A stretch of 58,890 nucleotides of DNA from the IMG/VR virus record IMGVR_UViG_3300044606_000078, positions 1 to 58,890 of that record; one strand, written 5' to 3'. The notes below the pieces were generated by a model, which was not told where the DNA came from, did not search any database, and worked only from the letters and a program-made list of their open reading frames with translations. The translations under genes were made by a program, and so were the position numbers. The DNA comes from a virus. Lineage: Duplodnaviria; Caudoviricetes. This document shows positions 27,619 to 35,825 of the stretch, piece after piece. Within the stretch, counting starts at the first letter, position 1. Each line of letters starts with the position of its first letter.

Positions 27619-28653
27619 CTACCGGAACGAAACTTCTATCGTCGTGTCTGTCCCGCCGAGAAGCGGGGCCGAATCCGGGACGGCGATATCCGCGCCGGTC
27701 GTGCTCCCCTCGGTCGTCAGTCCGCACGTGACGTACGTCGCTCCGGTCACGGGCGCCGCCGTCCACGTCGCATCCGCCGTAACGGTCATCGCGGCGAGGA
27801 ATTCGTCGAAGTCCGTTCCGGTGAGGTTGCGGATTGCGGCCTGTATCGCGGCGGCCGTGTTGTTCGACGCCGTTGTGCTCGCAAGCAGAATTTCGACCTG
27901 CCCGAGTTCGTTGACAGACACGGCCAGTTCGTCCGCCGTGTTCGCGCCCCACGACGCATTGCTCACGAAATTTCCGCCCTCGCCGCCGAGTCCGGCCGTC
28001 AACGTCAGCGAACCCTGCGCCGTCTCTTCCGCGTCCAAAAACGCGATGACCGCAACGGCCTTCGTCGCGGCGGGACGCGCGGCGGCATATCCCGCCGATT
28101 CCGCTACGGTCAGCCCCGTCACGTCGATGTCCGCTACCGTAGCGCCCTGTATCGCGGCCTCGATCAGCGCCGCGCTGTTGCTCGCAGCCGTATCGCACGC
28201 GAGCTTCACGGTGACGGTCTTCCCAGATACCGCTACCGATAGCGCGTCCTCAAGCGCCGTCTCGAACACGAATGTCATTTCGTTCCCGACGGTCCCATTG
28301 ACGCCGCTCGTTATCGTCAGCGTCTTGCCAGTTCCGAACGCGTAGACGTTGCTCGCGGCGGCATTGCCCTGCACGACGGGCGTCTGCGCTGTCCCCGACC
28401 GGATCTTGACCAGCTCGAACGGCGCGAGCCCCAGGTATTTCGTATCGAGCGACACGGCGCGGGAAGCCGCCGCCTTCACCGTCACTTCCGTTCCCGCGTC
28501 GCTGTAAAGATCGCTCCACGTCACTCCGTCCAGCGATGCCTGGAAGGTCAGATCGGCGGTTTCCCACGATGCGGGAATCACCACTCCGATCCGCTCTCCC
28601 GACACGACGACGGCGGGCGTCAGCGAATTGCGAAACGCCAGAGTCTGGCGCAT
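27619..28653 (-). CDS. Ala/Thr-rich structural protein
   Basis: 344-aa ORF in the neck module with beta-rich, internally repeated SN.AA.I.AAI segments. Confidence 0.65.
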   Translation of the reverse strand: MRQTLAFRNSLTPAVVVSGERIGVVIPASWETADLTFQASLDGVTWSDLYSDAGTEVTVKAAASRAVSLDTKYLGLAPFELVKIRSGTAQTPVVQGNAAASNVYAFGTGKTLTITSGVNGTVGNEMTFVFETALEDALSVAVSGKTVTVKLACDTAASNSAALIEAAIQGATVADIDVTGLTVAESAGYAAARPAATKAVAVIAFLDAEETAQGSLTLTAGLGGEGGNFVSNASWGANTADELAVSVNELGQVEILLASTTASNNTAAAIQAAIRNLTGTDFDEFLAAMTVTADATWTAAPVTGATYVTCGLTTEGSTTGADIAVPDSAPLLGGTDTTIEVSFR

Positions 28654-28669
28654 GGTGTCGTCACTCCTT

Positions 28670-29152
28670 TCATCCGCGCTCGATCCGGACGTTCCCGCGC
28701 GAACCCGTGAGCCCGGAAAGCATCCTGTCGATGCGGCGGAACCGCGTTTCGGACGGAGCGCCGTCCATGTACGTGACGGACAGTGATCCGACCGATTCGG
28801 ATTTGATCTGCCCGCCCCTGTCCTGATCCGGGTCGAGTTCCGTTCCTCCGATGATCCGGAGCGCAGCCTCGCACGTCGCGTTGACGACTGCCGACGGAAT
28901 GGATTCGGAATCGACGTACAGCCCGTCCTCGTCCCTCACGTCCCACCGCGGCCACGCGAGCGTCTGCGTCGTGTCGCACCGCCGCCCCTTCCATCGTCCG
29001 CGATAGGCATTGTCAATCCAGAGAGTCGCCTTGCGGATCGCGGCTTCCTTCGCGGCGTCGAGCCCCGCCCACGCCGTATTGCCGAGCGCCGTATGGTATG
29101 CGTCGCAGTCGGCGACGGAAACATACGCATCGGTTCCGACGGTCAGCGACAT
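28670..29152 (-). CDS. Head-tail adaptor (DnaT-like ssDNA-binding family)
   Basis: YVSVADCDAYH, KEAA.RKAT..ID, Q.LAWPR, IP..V..ATCEAA, ESVGSLSVTY. Confidence 0.8.
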   Translation of the reverse strand: MSLTVGTDAYVSVADCDAYHTALGNTAWAGLDAAKEAAIRKATLWIDNAYRGRWKGRRCDTTQTLAWPRWDVRDEDGLYVDSESIPSAVVNATCEAALRIIGGTELDPDQDRGGQIKSESVGSLSVTYMDGAPSETRFRRIDRMLSGLTGSRGNVRIERG

Positions 29153-29155
29153 CGG

Positions 29156-29362
29156 TTATTTCCTCGTCCTGACGCGAGGTTTCGGCTTCGGAGGGGCCGG
29201 AGTCTTTCGCGGCGGCGGGTTATTGACGACGGGTTCCTTCTCCGGGACGGGAACGGGGTCCGGTTCCGGCTCTGTGTACAGCTCGTGTTTCGTCGCATCG
29301 AATTCGTTCCGGGCGAGCAATGCAAAACCGCCCTTGAACCGGATGCGGACGTAATCAATCAT
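29156..29362 (-). CDS. Small Pro/Lys-rich protein after the capsid gene
   Basis: MIDYVRIR...F....HELY; GGAGG RBS. Confidence 0.6.
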   Translation of the reverse strand: MIDYVRIRFKGGFALLARNEFDATKHELYTEPEPDPVPVPEKEPVVNNPPPRKTPAPPKPKPRVRTRK

Positions 29363-29415
29363 GTCGTCACCTCCGGAATGGGAAAGGGGGCCGATTCCGG
29401 CCCCCTGATTCATGG

Positions 29416-30570
29416 CTACTGAACCATGCGCACCGCAAGGTTCGGGTCGAGCACCTGAACGCCCCAGAGTGCATCGATGCCGACCTTGACCGTGCTCTTG
29501 TCGCCGTCGTACCACATGCGCGAGCGGAGCGCGAGCCCGGTCACGGGGTCGACGACGGACGCGATGCGGGCTCCGAGCTGTTCTCCGATGTTCGGCAGCG
29601 GAGCCATTGCGAGAGCGAAAGCGTTCCGGTGGAACGCAAGGCACTGATTCTTGGTCGCGCCGGTGCCGGACGGCAGGTAGATCGTTACGACGGCGTTTTC
29701 CGCAGCCGCCTGCTTGAGCGCCGGGTAGATGCTGATGGACGTCGCGCTGTTCACGGTCGCGTTCGCCGTGATGGTGTACCGCTGGCTGTCGCCGGTGATC
29801 GCGAGGATGTCCCCCGCCTTGACGGTCTGCGCATCCGTGAGGCTCTTGACGACGATCGCAGTGGCCCCGGCCGCAGTGTCCGCGTTGACCGCCCCTGCGG
29901 TGTCGGCCATGGTTCCGGACAGGTGCGCAGGGGTGTTCTGGTTGGCGAAAACCTCGAATCCGAACTTGCGGCCGAGCGTTCCCCGCATCTGGGTTTCAGC
30001 GCCGGAAGCTCCGGCCCCATCCACCGTATGGAACACGGAAATGTTCTGGAGTCCGGCCTGCACCGCGCCGTCGACCATGAAGTGGAGATTCCCGTCCTCC
30101 ACGGGAGCCTTCAGGTCGAAGAGCTTCTGATACGCCTTCGTGATGTCCGCGACGGTCGGGGTCGAAGCGATGGTGTCGTGCCACGGAATCTGCTTGTAGA
30201 GCGCCACGAGGGTCAGGTCGATCTTGTCCGCGATCGAGTAGGCCGCAGGACGGATGTGCTTCTCGATGATCTGTTCCTGGGTGAAGGAGAGTTCCTTGTC
30301 GGAGAGGGCGAATTTCGTCTCCCACCACTGATCGAGCGTGATGTTGACGGTGTCGGGCGCTAGCTCCTGCGTGGTGCCTCCGGTGGTCGTGTTGACTTCG
30401 GTTGCGGTGAAGCTCGTCGGGCGGTCGATGGAGATGACGGAGCCCTTCTGACGCTGCTCCTTGTCGTATCCTCGATAGACGCGTCCGGCCATGCCGAGCG
30501 CCTTTTCAAGCTGGATCAGGGACTCCTGCGCATAGAAAATGGGATCGTAGTTGCCGAGAGAATTCGACAA
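29416..30570 (-). CDS. Major capsid protein (P22 coat-like)
   Basis: KG..ISI.RP, I.PAA..IADKID, G.LGRKFGF....NQN, AFH.NAFALA..PL, D.LWGV..L.P.LAV. Confidence 0.9.
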   Translation of the reverse strand: MSNSLGNYDPIFYAQESLIQLEKALGMAGRVYRGYDKEQRQKGSVISIDRPTSFTATEVNTTTGGTTQELAPDTVNITLDQWWETKFALSDKELSFTQEQIIEKHIRPAAYSIADKIDLTLVALYKQIPWHDTIASTPTVADITKAYQKLFDLKAPVEDGNLHFMVDGAVQAGLQNISVFHTVDGAGASGAETQMRGTLGRKFGFEVFANQNTPAHLSGTMADTAGAVNADTAAGATAIVVKSLTDAQTVKAGDILAITGDSQRYTITANATVNSATSISIYPALKQAAAENAVVTIYLPSGTGATKNQCLAFHRNAFALAMAPLPNIGEQLGARIASVVDPVTGLALRSRMWYDGDKSTVKVGIDALWGVQVLDPNLAVRMVQ

Positions 30571-30634
30571 TTCGATTACCTCCTATTGGGTTTTTGGGTT
30601 ATGGGATTTCGGTCCCGACTGGGACCTGTGGGGG

Positions 30635-31426
30635 TTACTCTCCGGCGATCTGGAACGTCGCCCCGGATTTCGCGGCGGCTTCCCGCGCCGCACGGTATTT
30701 CGCCGGATCCTTCGCGTCGTCGCGGGAGAGCGTGAACATGCCGCTTTGCTGCGAATTGCCCGGTTTCATCCCGCCGCCGCTCGCGCCGGTTCCCTCGAAC
30801 GCACGGCCGTAGATCTCGTTGCTCTTGAGCTCCGCGATAAGGTCCTTGACGCCGAGGTATTCGCCCTTGCTGTTCATCCGGGGGGTTCCGTCCGGAGTCA
30901 GCACGCGGACGACGTATTTCCCGTTTTCGTCGAAAACCTTCACCTGCCGCTGGACGTGCGGGAGAAGAAGCTCCGGGATGCCCTTTTCGGCGGCGATGGC
31001 GGATGTCGCGGCGGCGTCGATCAGATAGGACTCCAGCGCTTTCTGCCGCCGCTGGATTTCGGCGTCCTTTTCCGCAATCACCTTGTCGCGGGCGGAAAGT
31101 TCCTTGCCGTGCGAGTCCACGAGCTGAGCCCGCAGCTTTTCCCACTCGCCTTTCTGTTCCAACTTCGCCTTTTCCGCTTCCTCCTGCTGGCGCAGAAGGT
31201 CCGCTATTTCCTCCGGGCTCTTCCCGAGCCCCTGATACTGCTTCGCGAGCTTTTCAAGCTCCCGCGCCGTCTTGCGTTCCTTCTCCAACGCGGACTTGAG
31301 CCCGCTCGTATCCTCGACGCCCTCCACTCCAAGGACGTAAGAGCCGTCCTTTTCCTCGTAGAAGCCCCGGATTCCCTCCGGCAGCCCCTTGTATTCATCC
31401 GTACTTACCTTGAGTTTCAGAGTCAT
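30635..31426 (-). CDS. Capsid scaffolding protein
   Basis: GLKSALEKER coiled coil, GASGGG C-terminal region; precedes the capsid gene. Confidence 0.8.
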   Translation of the reverse strand: MTLKLKVSTDEYKGLPEGIRGFYEEKDGSYVLGVEGVEDTSGLKSALEKERKTARELEKLAKQYQGLGKSPEEIADLLRQQEEAEKAKLEQKGEWEKLRAQLVDSHGKELSARDKVIAEKDAEIQRRQKALESYLIDAAATSAIAAEKGIPELLLPHVQRQVKVFDENGKYVVRVLTPDGTPRMNSKGEYLGVKDLIAELKSNEIYGRAFEGTGASGGGMKPGNSQQSGMFTLSRDDAKDPAKYRAAREAAAKSGATFQIAGE

Positions 31427-31484
31427 TGGTGAATCACCCTCCCGGTGAGATTTGGATTCCCCGCCGCTTCCCGCGCGCGGGCAC

Positions 31485-31516
31485 AAAAAAAGGCCCCTCG
31501 GGTTTCCCCGAGAGGC
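31485..31516 (-). terminator. Rho-independent terminator
   Basis: GGCCTCTCGGGG-AAA-CCCGAGGGGCC followed by T7. Confidence 0.75.
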
Positions 31517-31531
31517 CGTAATGAGCTTGGG

Positions 31532-31894
31532 TTATTTGGATAGGGTTAGGCTATATGGTTGCGGCCACAGCCCTTGAATCTCCGCGATCAGGGCCGGGTT
31601 GTCGCGGATGACCTGAAGAAGACCATGCGCAAAGCCGTCGATGGCGCGCTCTTCGTCGTCGTTGTCCTGAAATACATCCCGAAGTTTCGATAGTCTCACG
31701 ATGCCGTGAAGCACCTCATGAAGGATCGTCTGCGCCTGAGCCTGTTCCGACAGACTCGGTTCGATTTCGATTCTTGAAACGTTGACGCATATCCTCCCGC
31801 ACGCATTGGCCGCAATGGACAGTTCCGGATTCGCCCTTACATCGAAGTCAACGCCGCCTATGCGGATCTTCTTGATTCTGTCCAGAATGCTCAT
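31532..31894 (-). CDS. HExxH zincin-like small protein (paralog 1)
   Basis: IRIGG..F, CG.I, TILHEVLHGI. Confidence 0.75.
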   Translation of the reverse strand: MSILDRIKKIRIGGVDFDVRANPELSIAANACGRICVNVSRIEIEPSLSEQAQAQTILHEVLHGIVRLSKLRDVFQDNDDEERAIDGFAHGLLQVIRDNPALIAEIQGLWPQPYSLTLSK

Positions 31895-32268
31895 GCCGCG
31901 TCCTCCGGGACTTCCTCGCCGCCGTCTACAGCCTCCATCCGAAACTGCATTCCGCAGATGTCGCAGACGAGAAGGACGTTGTCCTTGAGGAACGCGTGGA
32001 TCCCATGCGTTAGGGCCTCGACAATCGGCTCGTAGGCTTCGGGGTCGTCGGAATTGTCGTGCCCGGATTGCAGCAGAATCGCATGAATCGTTTCATGGAG
32101 AAGCGTCGCGTGCATAGCCTGTTGCGACAGCTCGGACGACACGCGTATCTCGGTGCTCGCCTCGTCGATCATGCCACACATTTCGCTGGTCTTGAGCATT
32201 CCGTCGTCGAGCGTTATTTCGTAGTCCGTTCCGCCGATGCGGACGGCGTGGATTTTGTCGAGGATCAT
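31891..32268 (-). CDS. HExxH zincin-like small protein (paralog 2)
   Basis: VRIGG.DY, CGMI, TLLHETIHAI. Confidence 0.75.
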   Translation of the reverse strand: MILDKIHAVRIGGTDYEITLDDGMLKTSEMCGMIDEASTEIRVSSELSQQAMHATLLHETIHAILLQSGHDNSDDPEAYEPIVEALTHGIHAFLKDNVLLVCDICGMQFRMEAVDGGEEVPEDAA

Positions 32269-32368
32269 TCGGACCTCCTTCGTCAATCGTCGTCGCCGAC
32301 GAGTCTGCGAATCAGCTTGTCTCCGGCCACCAAATCTGCAATCAGGTCGTCCCATCCGCCTTCGTCGC

Positions 32369-32954
32369 TCATTCGGGGCCTCCCGCAGCCGCTTTCGGCG
32401 CGAACCGGCCGTCAATGCGTTCGATCAGCCGCTTGCACGCCTCGATCTCGCGCGCCACAAGAGGGTCGTTCTCGTTCGTCGAAAGAAACCGGATCAAATC
32501 GACGAGCTTCCGCTTCCCCTTCTCCCTGTTCGCCACGAACGACTCGTACCCTGCCTGTTCCGCCTCGTCCATCTTCCGGATGGCGTTCGACAGGGTGCGG
32601 AGGGGGTCAGCATCCACGGGATTCCACCTCCCCATAAAGCGACTTCGCCGCTCTCACGGCCATGTCGCGTATCGTCTCGTCCTCGCTCCTGTCGTGGATC
32701 ATCAGGAGCGCGTTCTCGAGCCTGCCGATCATCACGTCCTGCGTATGCCGCGTCTGGGCGTCGATCTCCGCAAGCGACGCATACCCCTGTCTCAACTGCG
32801 CTATCTCGCGTTCCTGCGCGTGAGCCCGCTCCACCAGAGCGCGATTCCCGTTCCGGAGGACTTCAACCAACGTCGCAAGCTCCGCGTTCTTTGCCCTTTG
32901 CCGCTGGTACGCCGCCTTGTAGTGCCTTCCTGCAACAGCGTCGTCATCGCTCAA
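32369..32954 (-). CDS. Two small hypothetical proteins (32369-32635 and 32607-32954)
   Basis: Adjacent helical ORFs in the accessory block. Confidence 0.5.
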
Positions 32955-33110
32955 ATCGTCGCCTCCTGATAGGCCACAGAATCAGCGGGGTATTTGATAC
33001 GAACCAATACGAAACCGAACCAAACGCCGCGAACCGTTGCAGCGCAATATGGCCCGTAATTGATGCGCAACAAAAAAGCCGCCCCCGAAGGAGCGGCCAA
33101 TCAAACAGGA

Positions 33111-33413
33111 TTATTCAAGTTCAAGTCCGATGCTGCCTGTGACGTCTCCACTGATCTTGCACGTTATCTCATACGGCGGTTCCCACGGCTTTTTCGTGCT
33201 CGGAGCCGAGGGCCAGCGTATCGGCTCCCATATTTGCCCAGGGGAGGGTGGGTCAGATATGGCCGGGACCGGCAACGGAACGGATCTCATGCCTTCGATC
33301 TTCCCCTTGAGGAACGACACTTCGTTCTCAAGCTCGCGGATGCGGTTCTCAAGGTCTGAGCGAGGCGGGACTTCGCATCCCCTTGCCCTGAATTCCCTTT
33401 CGACATCGATCAT
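33111..33413 (-). CDS. Hypothetical protein
   Basis: Coiled coil plus Pro-rich tail; GGAGG RBS; terminator-like hairpin downstream near 33072-33097. Confidence 0.55.
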   Translation of the reverse strand: MIDVEREFRARGCEVPPRSDLENRIRELENEVSFLKGKIEGMRSVPLPVPAISDPPSPGQIWEPIRWPSAPSTKKPWEPPYEITCKISGDVTGSIGLELE

Positions 33414-33426
33414 GGCTACTACCCTC

Positions 33427-33816
33427 CTACCGGGATAGGTTATTTGCGAAACACTCAATCGCATTTTCAAGCCTCGTGATCCGATTACCCAAATCGTAGA
33501 TTTCGCAATCTCGCGCCATGTCTTCTACCGGAATGTCTTGGCCCGATACCAGGTTGTATGTTTTGTCAAAACTATTCATAGAGCACGGACAGATTTCTCC
33601 GGAGGACTCGTCGCGGACGATATAGCCCCCATACTCGACCTCATCCCATCCGCTCCGTGTTTTCACGTACATAGAGCGGCTGCCATCAGCTTTATCTACT
33701 ACGTCGATGAATCCAGCCTTGATAGCGTTACTGATCCATTCCGGGTATATTTCTGGGGTTCTTCCCCCACGTTGAAACGCTTCGAACGTCGCGGGTCTTT
33801 TGATACATCTCACCAT
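33427..33816 (-). CDS. Hypothetical protein (PGDYG-like)
   Basis: G.YIVRD..GEI.PC....F.KTY motif. Confidence 0.65.
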   Translation of the reverse strand: MVRCIKRPATFEAFQRGGRTPEIYPEWISNAIKAGFIDVVDKADGSRSMYVKTRSGWDEVEYGGYIVRDESSGEICPCSMNSFDKTYNLVSGQDIPVEDMARDCEIYDLGNRITRLENAIECFANNLSR

Positions 33817-33832
33817 GTCCGCACCCACCTCC

Positions 33833-35824
33833 CTATCCGAACATCTCGATCAATTCCTTCAGCGTCAGCTCCCGCCCGGTCTGGTCCGTCATGTCGCGGA
33901 TGCTGATCTTGCCTTCCTCCCACAAGCGCGCCTTGCCCTTGCCGAACATCTCCGCCACGAAACCGGGTTGTTCGTCCTCTTTCTGCCGCAGCCACTCGTC
34001 GAACGTCATGCCGGCGGGAACCTGACCGTCCATAGAGGCGCGCGTCGATTCGGGGATCTCGTCGAGGTCGATGCCGAGTTCGCGGAAGCTCTTCAGCACT
34101 GGAACCGTCGTACTCCGGCAGCCCCAATGCCTGGGGGGTGGTTCGAACGTCTTGCCGTGCCCTATAGGATTGCCTTCCAGATCCCACGTCAGCCCATCCA
34201 GAGAGGCGCAATTCTTGACAAGAAAACCACTTGCGATGTATAATCCTAGACTAGATTGGAGGTTATAAACATGGCAAGATCTGTGCTCTCGCCTTACGCC
34301 AACGACGTTATCGCGCAATACCGTTCCGGGAAAACGGCTTGCAAAATTGCTAAAGACTTCGGGGTGAGTACCACCACAGCTACCAAATTCCTGATTGGGG
34401 CGGGGGTCATGGAATACTCCCCCAGAGACGGGAGAAACACTTTGAGCGCCGCAGATGCCCGTCTTGCCGTTTGCCTTTTTAACAAAGGGATTTCGCCGTC
34501 CCAAATATTGAAACAACTTCCCCGGAAACGAAGCAAGTCTTGGCTTTACTCTGTTTTCAAAGAATTCAACTGCGACCTTCAAGGGTGGTACGGTTGGAAA
34601 CAGACGCAGGAAAATCTTGAAAAACAGTCCATGACCAAAGAGAGAACCGGGTTCTTGACTCCTGCGGAGGATGCCCTTTTTTCCATGCTCTCCAAAGAAG
34701 GGCGCCTTGACATTATTCCCCAAAAGTCTATTGGGGTTCACAATGCAGACTTCCTCATCGCCTCCCATTCCGTCGCCGTGGAATTGGCCTGTAGAGGATC
34801 TTTCATGAGATACCTCAGAAAAGGGATGTGCATAGATCGAATCAAAGAGTTCGGAAAAGCTGGTTGGCACACTTACGTTTTGTTCACCAAAGACAGAGAA
34901 TTTCTCATCAGGGACGGCATAACAGACCTCTTGGCCTGGCTTGACTTTATCAAGCGCCAACCACCCACTCGGCGTCAGTATAGGGTGGTTCGGAGTCCCG
35001 GTGATCTCCTTGCCTGTGGCTGTAGTGACGACGACAAATTCCCCGGAATAGAACCTTTTATAGACTCTTTGAAGTGAACCTACAGGAATAACGGGTGTTT
35101 CCCCAGGGAAACATTCGATTGTCGTCCGCTGGTCGAGCGTCGCTACCCACATGACGCCCTTCACCACGTCGGAGTTTTCTTTGTACACGAGCATGTGGGC
35201 GTCGTTCGCGATCTGCTGGACGGACGATCGGATGACCGCCTCCGCCCCCCGGCGAGTGCCCATTCGGAGGTCGAATATCGGATTGCCTTCCTCGTCGGTG
35301 CTTTTCGTCAGTCGCCGGAGAAGCTGCGCGTTCGTCTCGCCGCGCAACCACCCCTGCCGGATGGTGTCCTTGAAGTTGTTCAGGAGCTTCGCCGACTGCC
35401 GGGACCACCATTCGGACGACGGGGCGTTCAGAATCAGCGCGTCGGACGCGGCCGACATGATCTGTTCCTGAGTCAGCCCGAGGGTTATCAGCTCGATGCC
35501 GATGCCCTTGTTGAGCGCGGCGACGAGCCACGCCGTCTCGGTTTCCATCAGCCCGGAGAGCGTGCGGGTCATTTCGCCCGATATGTCGTCGTAGACTGCC
35601 TGTATCGCGTTCTGTGCGGTCTTCCACAGCTCTTTCAGCCGGTATTTCTGGTAGTCCGTCCCGTACTCGCCGCCAATGCCGATGTCCGACATGTCGAGCG
35701 CGAGCTGACCCAAGAGCTTGTCGAGCATCTTCAGGATCTTCTTCCGCTGCGACGCTTCGAGCCGCGACAGGACGATTCCCCTGCTTCGGATCGCGTCGGC
35801 TATCGTCTCGTTGACCGATTTCAT
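33833..35824 (-). CDS. Phage head morphogenesis protein (MuF/SPP1 gp7 family) containing an intein
   Basis: WVATLDQRTTIE|CASLDG...PPPRHWGCRST motifs; the predicted spliced product is 362 aa. Confidence 0.92.
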   Translation of the reverse strand: MKSVNETIADAIRSRGIVLSRLEASQRKKILKMLDKLLGQLALDMSDIGIGGEYGTDYQKYRLKELWKTAQNAIQAVYDDISGEMTRTLSGLMETETAWLVAALNKGIGIELITLGLTQEQIMSAASDALILNAPSSEWWSRQSAKLLNNFKDTIRQGWLRGETNAQLLRRLTKSTDEEGNPIFDLRMGTRRGAEAVIRSSVQQIANDAHMLVYKENSDVVKGVMWVATLDQRTTIECFPGETPVIPVGSLQRVYKRFYSGEFVVVTTATGKEITGTPNHPILTPSGWLALDKVKPGQEVCYAVPDEKFSVFGEQNVSVPTSFSELFDSIYAHPFSEVSHERSSTGQFHGDGMGGDEEVCIVNPNRLLGNNVKAPFFGEHGKKGILRRSQEPGSLFGHGLFFKIFLRLFPTVPPLKVAVEFFENRVKPRLASFPGKLFQYLGRRNPFVKKANGKTGICGAQSVSPVSGGVFHDPRPNQEFGSCGGTHPEVFSNFASRFPGTVLRDNVVGVRREHRSCHVYNLQSSLGLYIASGFLVKNCASLDGLTWDLEGNPIGHGKTFEPPPRHWGCRSTTVPVLKSFRELGIDLDEIPESTRASMDGQVPAGMTFDEWLRQKEDEQPGFVAEMFGKGKARLWEEGKISIRDMTDQTGRELTLKELIEMFG
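34215..34263 (+). promoter_or_regulatory. Consensus sigma70 promoter and RBS, antisense within the intein
   Basis: TTGACA 34215-34220, 18-bp spacer, TATAAT 34239-34244, GGAGGT 34258-34263, ATG 34271. Confidence 0.85.
34271..35077 (+). CDS. HTH plus Vsr/DUF559-like (PD-(D/E)xK) endonuclease, nested antisense in the intein
   Basis: HTH (YRSGKTACKIAKDFGVSTTTATKFL), second HTH-like segment, then LTPAEDALFSML...PQKSIG.HNADFLI....VAVEL...DRIKEFGKAGW.TYVL. Confidence 0.8.
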   Translation: MARSVLSPYANDVIAQYRSGKTACKIAKDFGVSTTTATKFLIGAGVMEYSPRDGRNTLSAADARLAVCLFNKGISPSQILKQLPRKRSKSWLYSVFKEFNCDLQGWYGWKQTQENLEKQSMTKERTGFLTPAEDALFSMLSKEGRLDIIPQKSIGVHNADFLIASHSVAVELACRGSFMRYLRKGMCIDRIKEFGKAGWHTYVLFTKDREFLIRDGITDLLAWLDFIKRQPPTRRQYRVVRSPGDLLACGCSDDDKFPGIEPFIDSLK

Positions 35825-35825
35825 G

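Larger units (their letters stand above)
34211..35113 (-). mobile_element. Intein (301 aa, residues 238-538 of MuF)
   Basis: Block A CFPGET, block B ITGTPNHPILT, block F HVYNLQ, block G GFLVKN followed by the +1 Cys; lower GC than the flanks. Confidence 0.92.

Noticed and set aside
14971-30363. Many long + strand and alternate-frame ORFs over the structural genes
   Set aside because: These are high-GC shadow ORFs with no motifs, promoter or RBS, unlike the intein antisense ORF.
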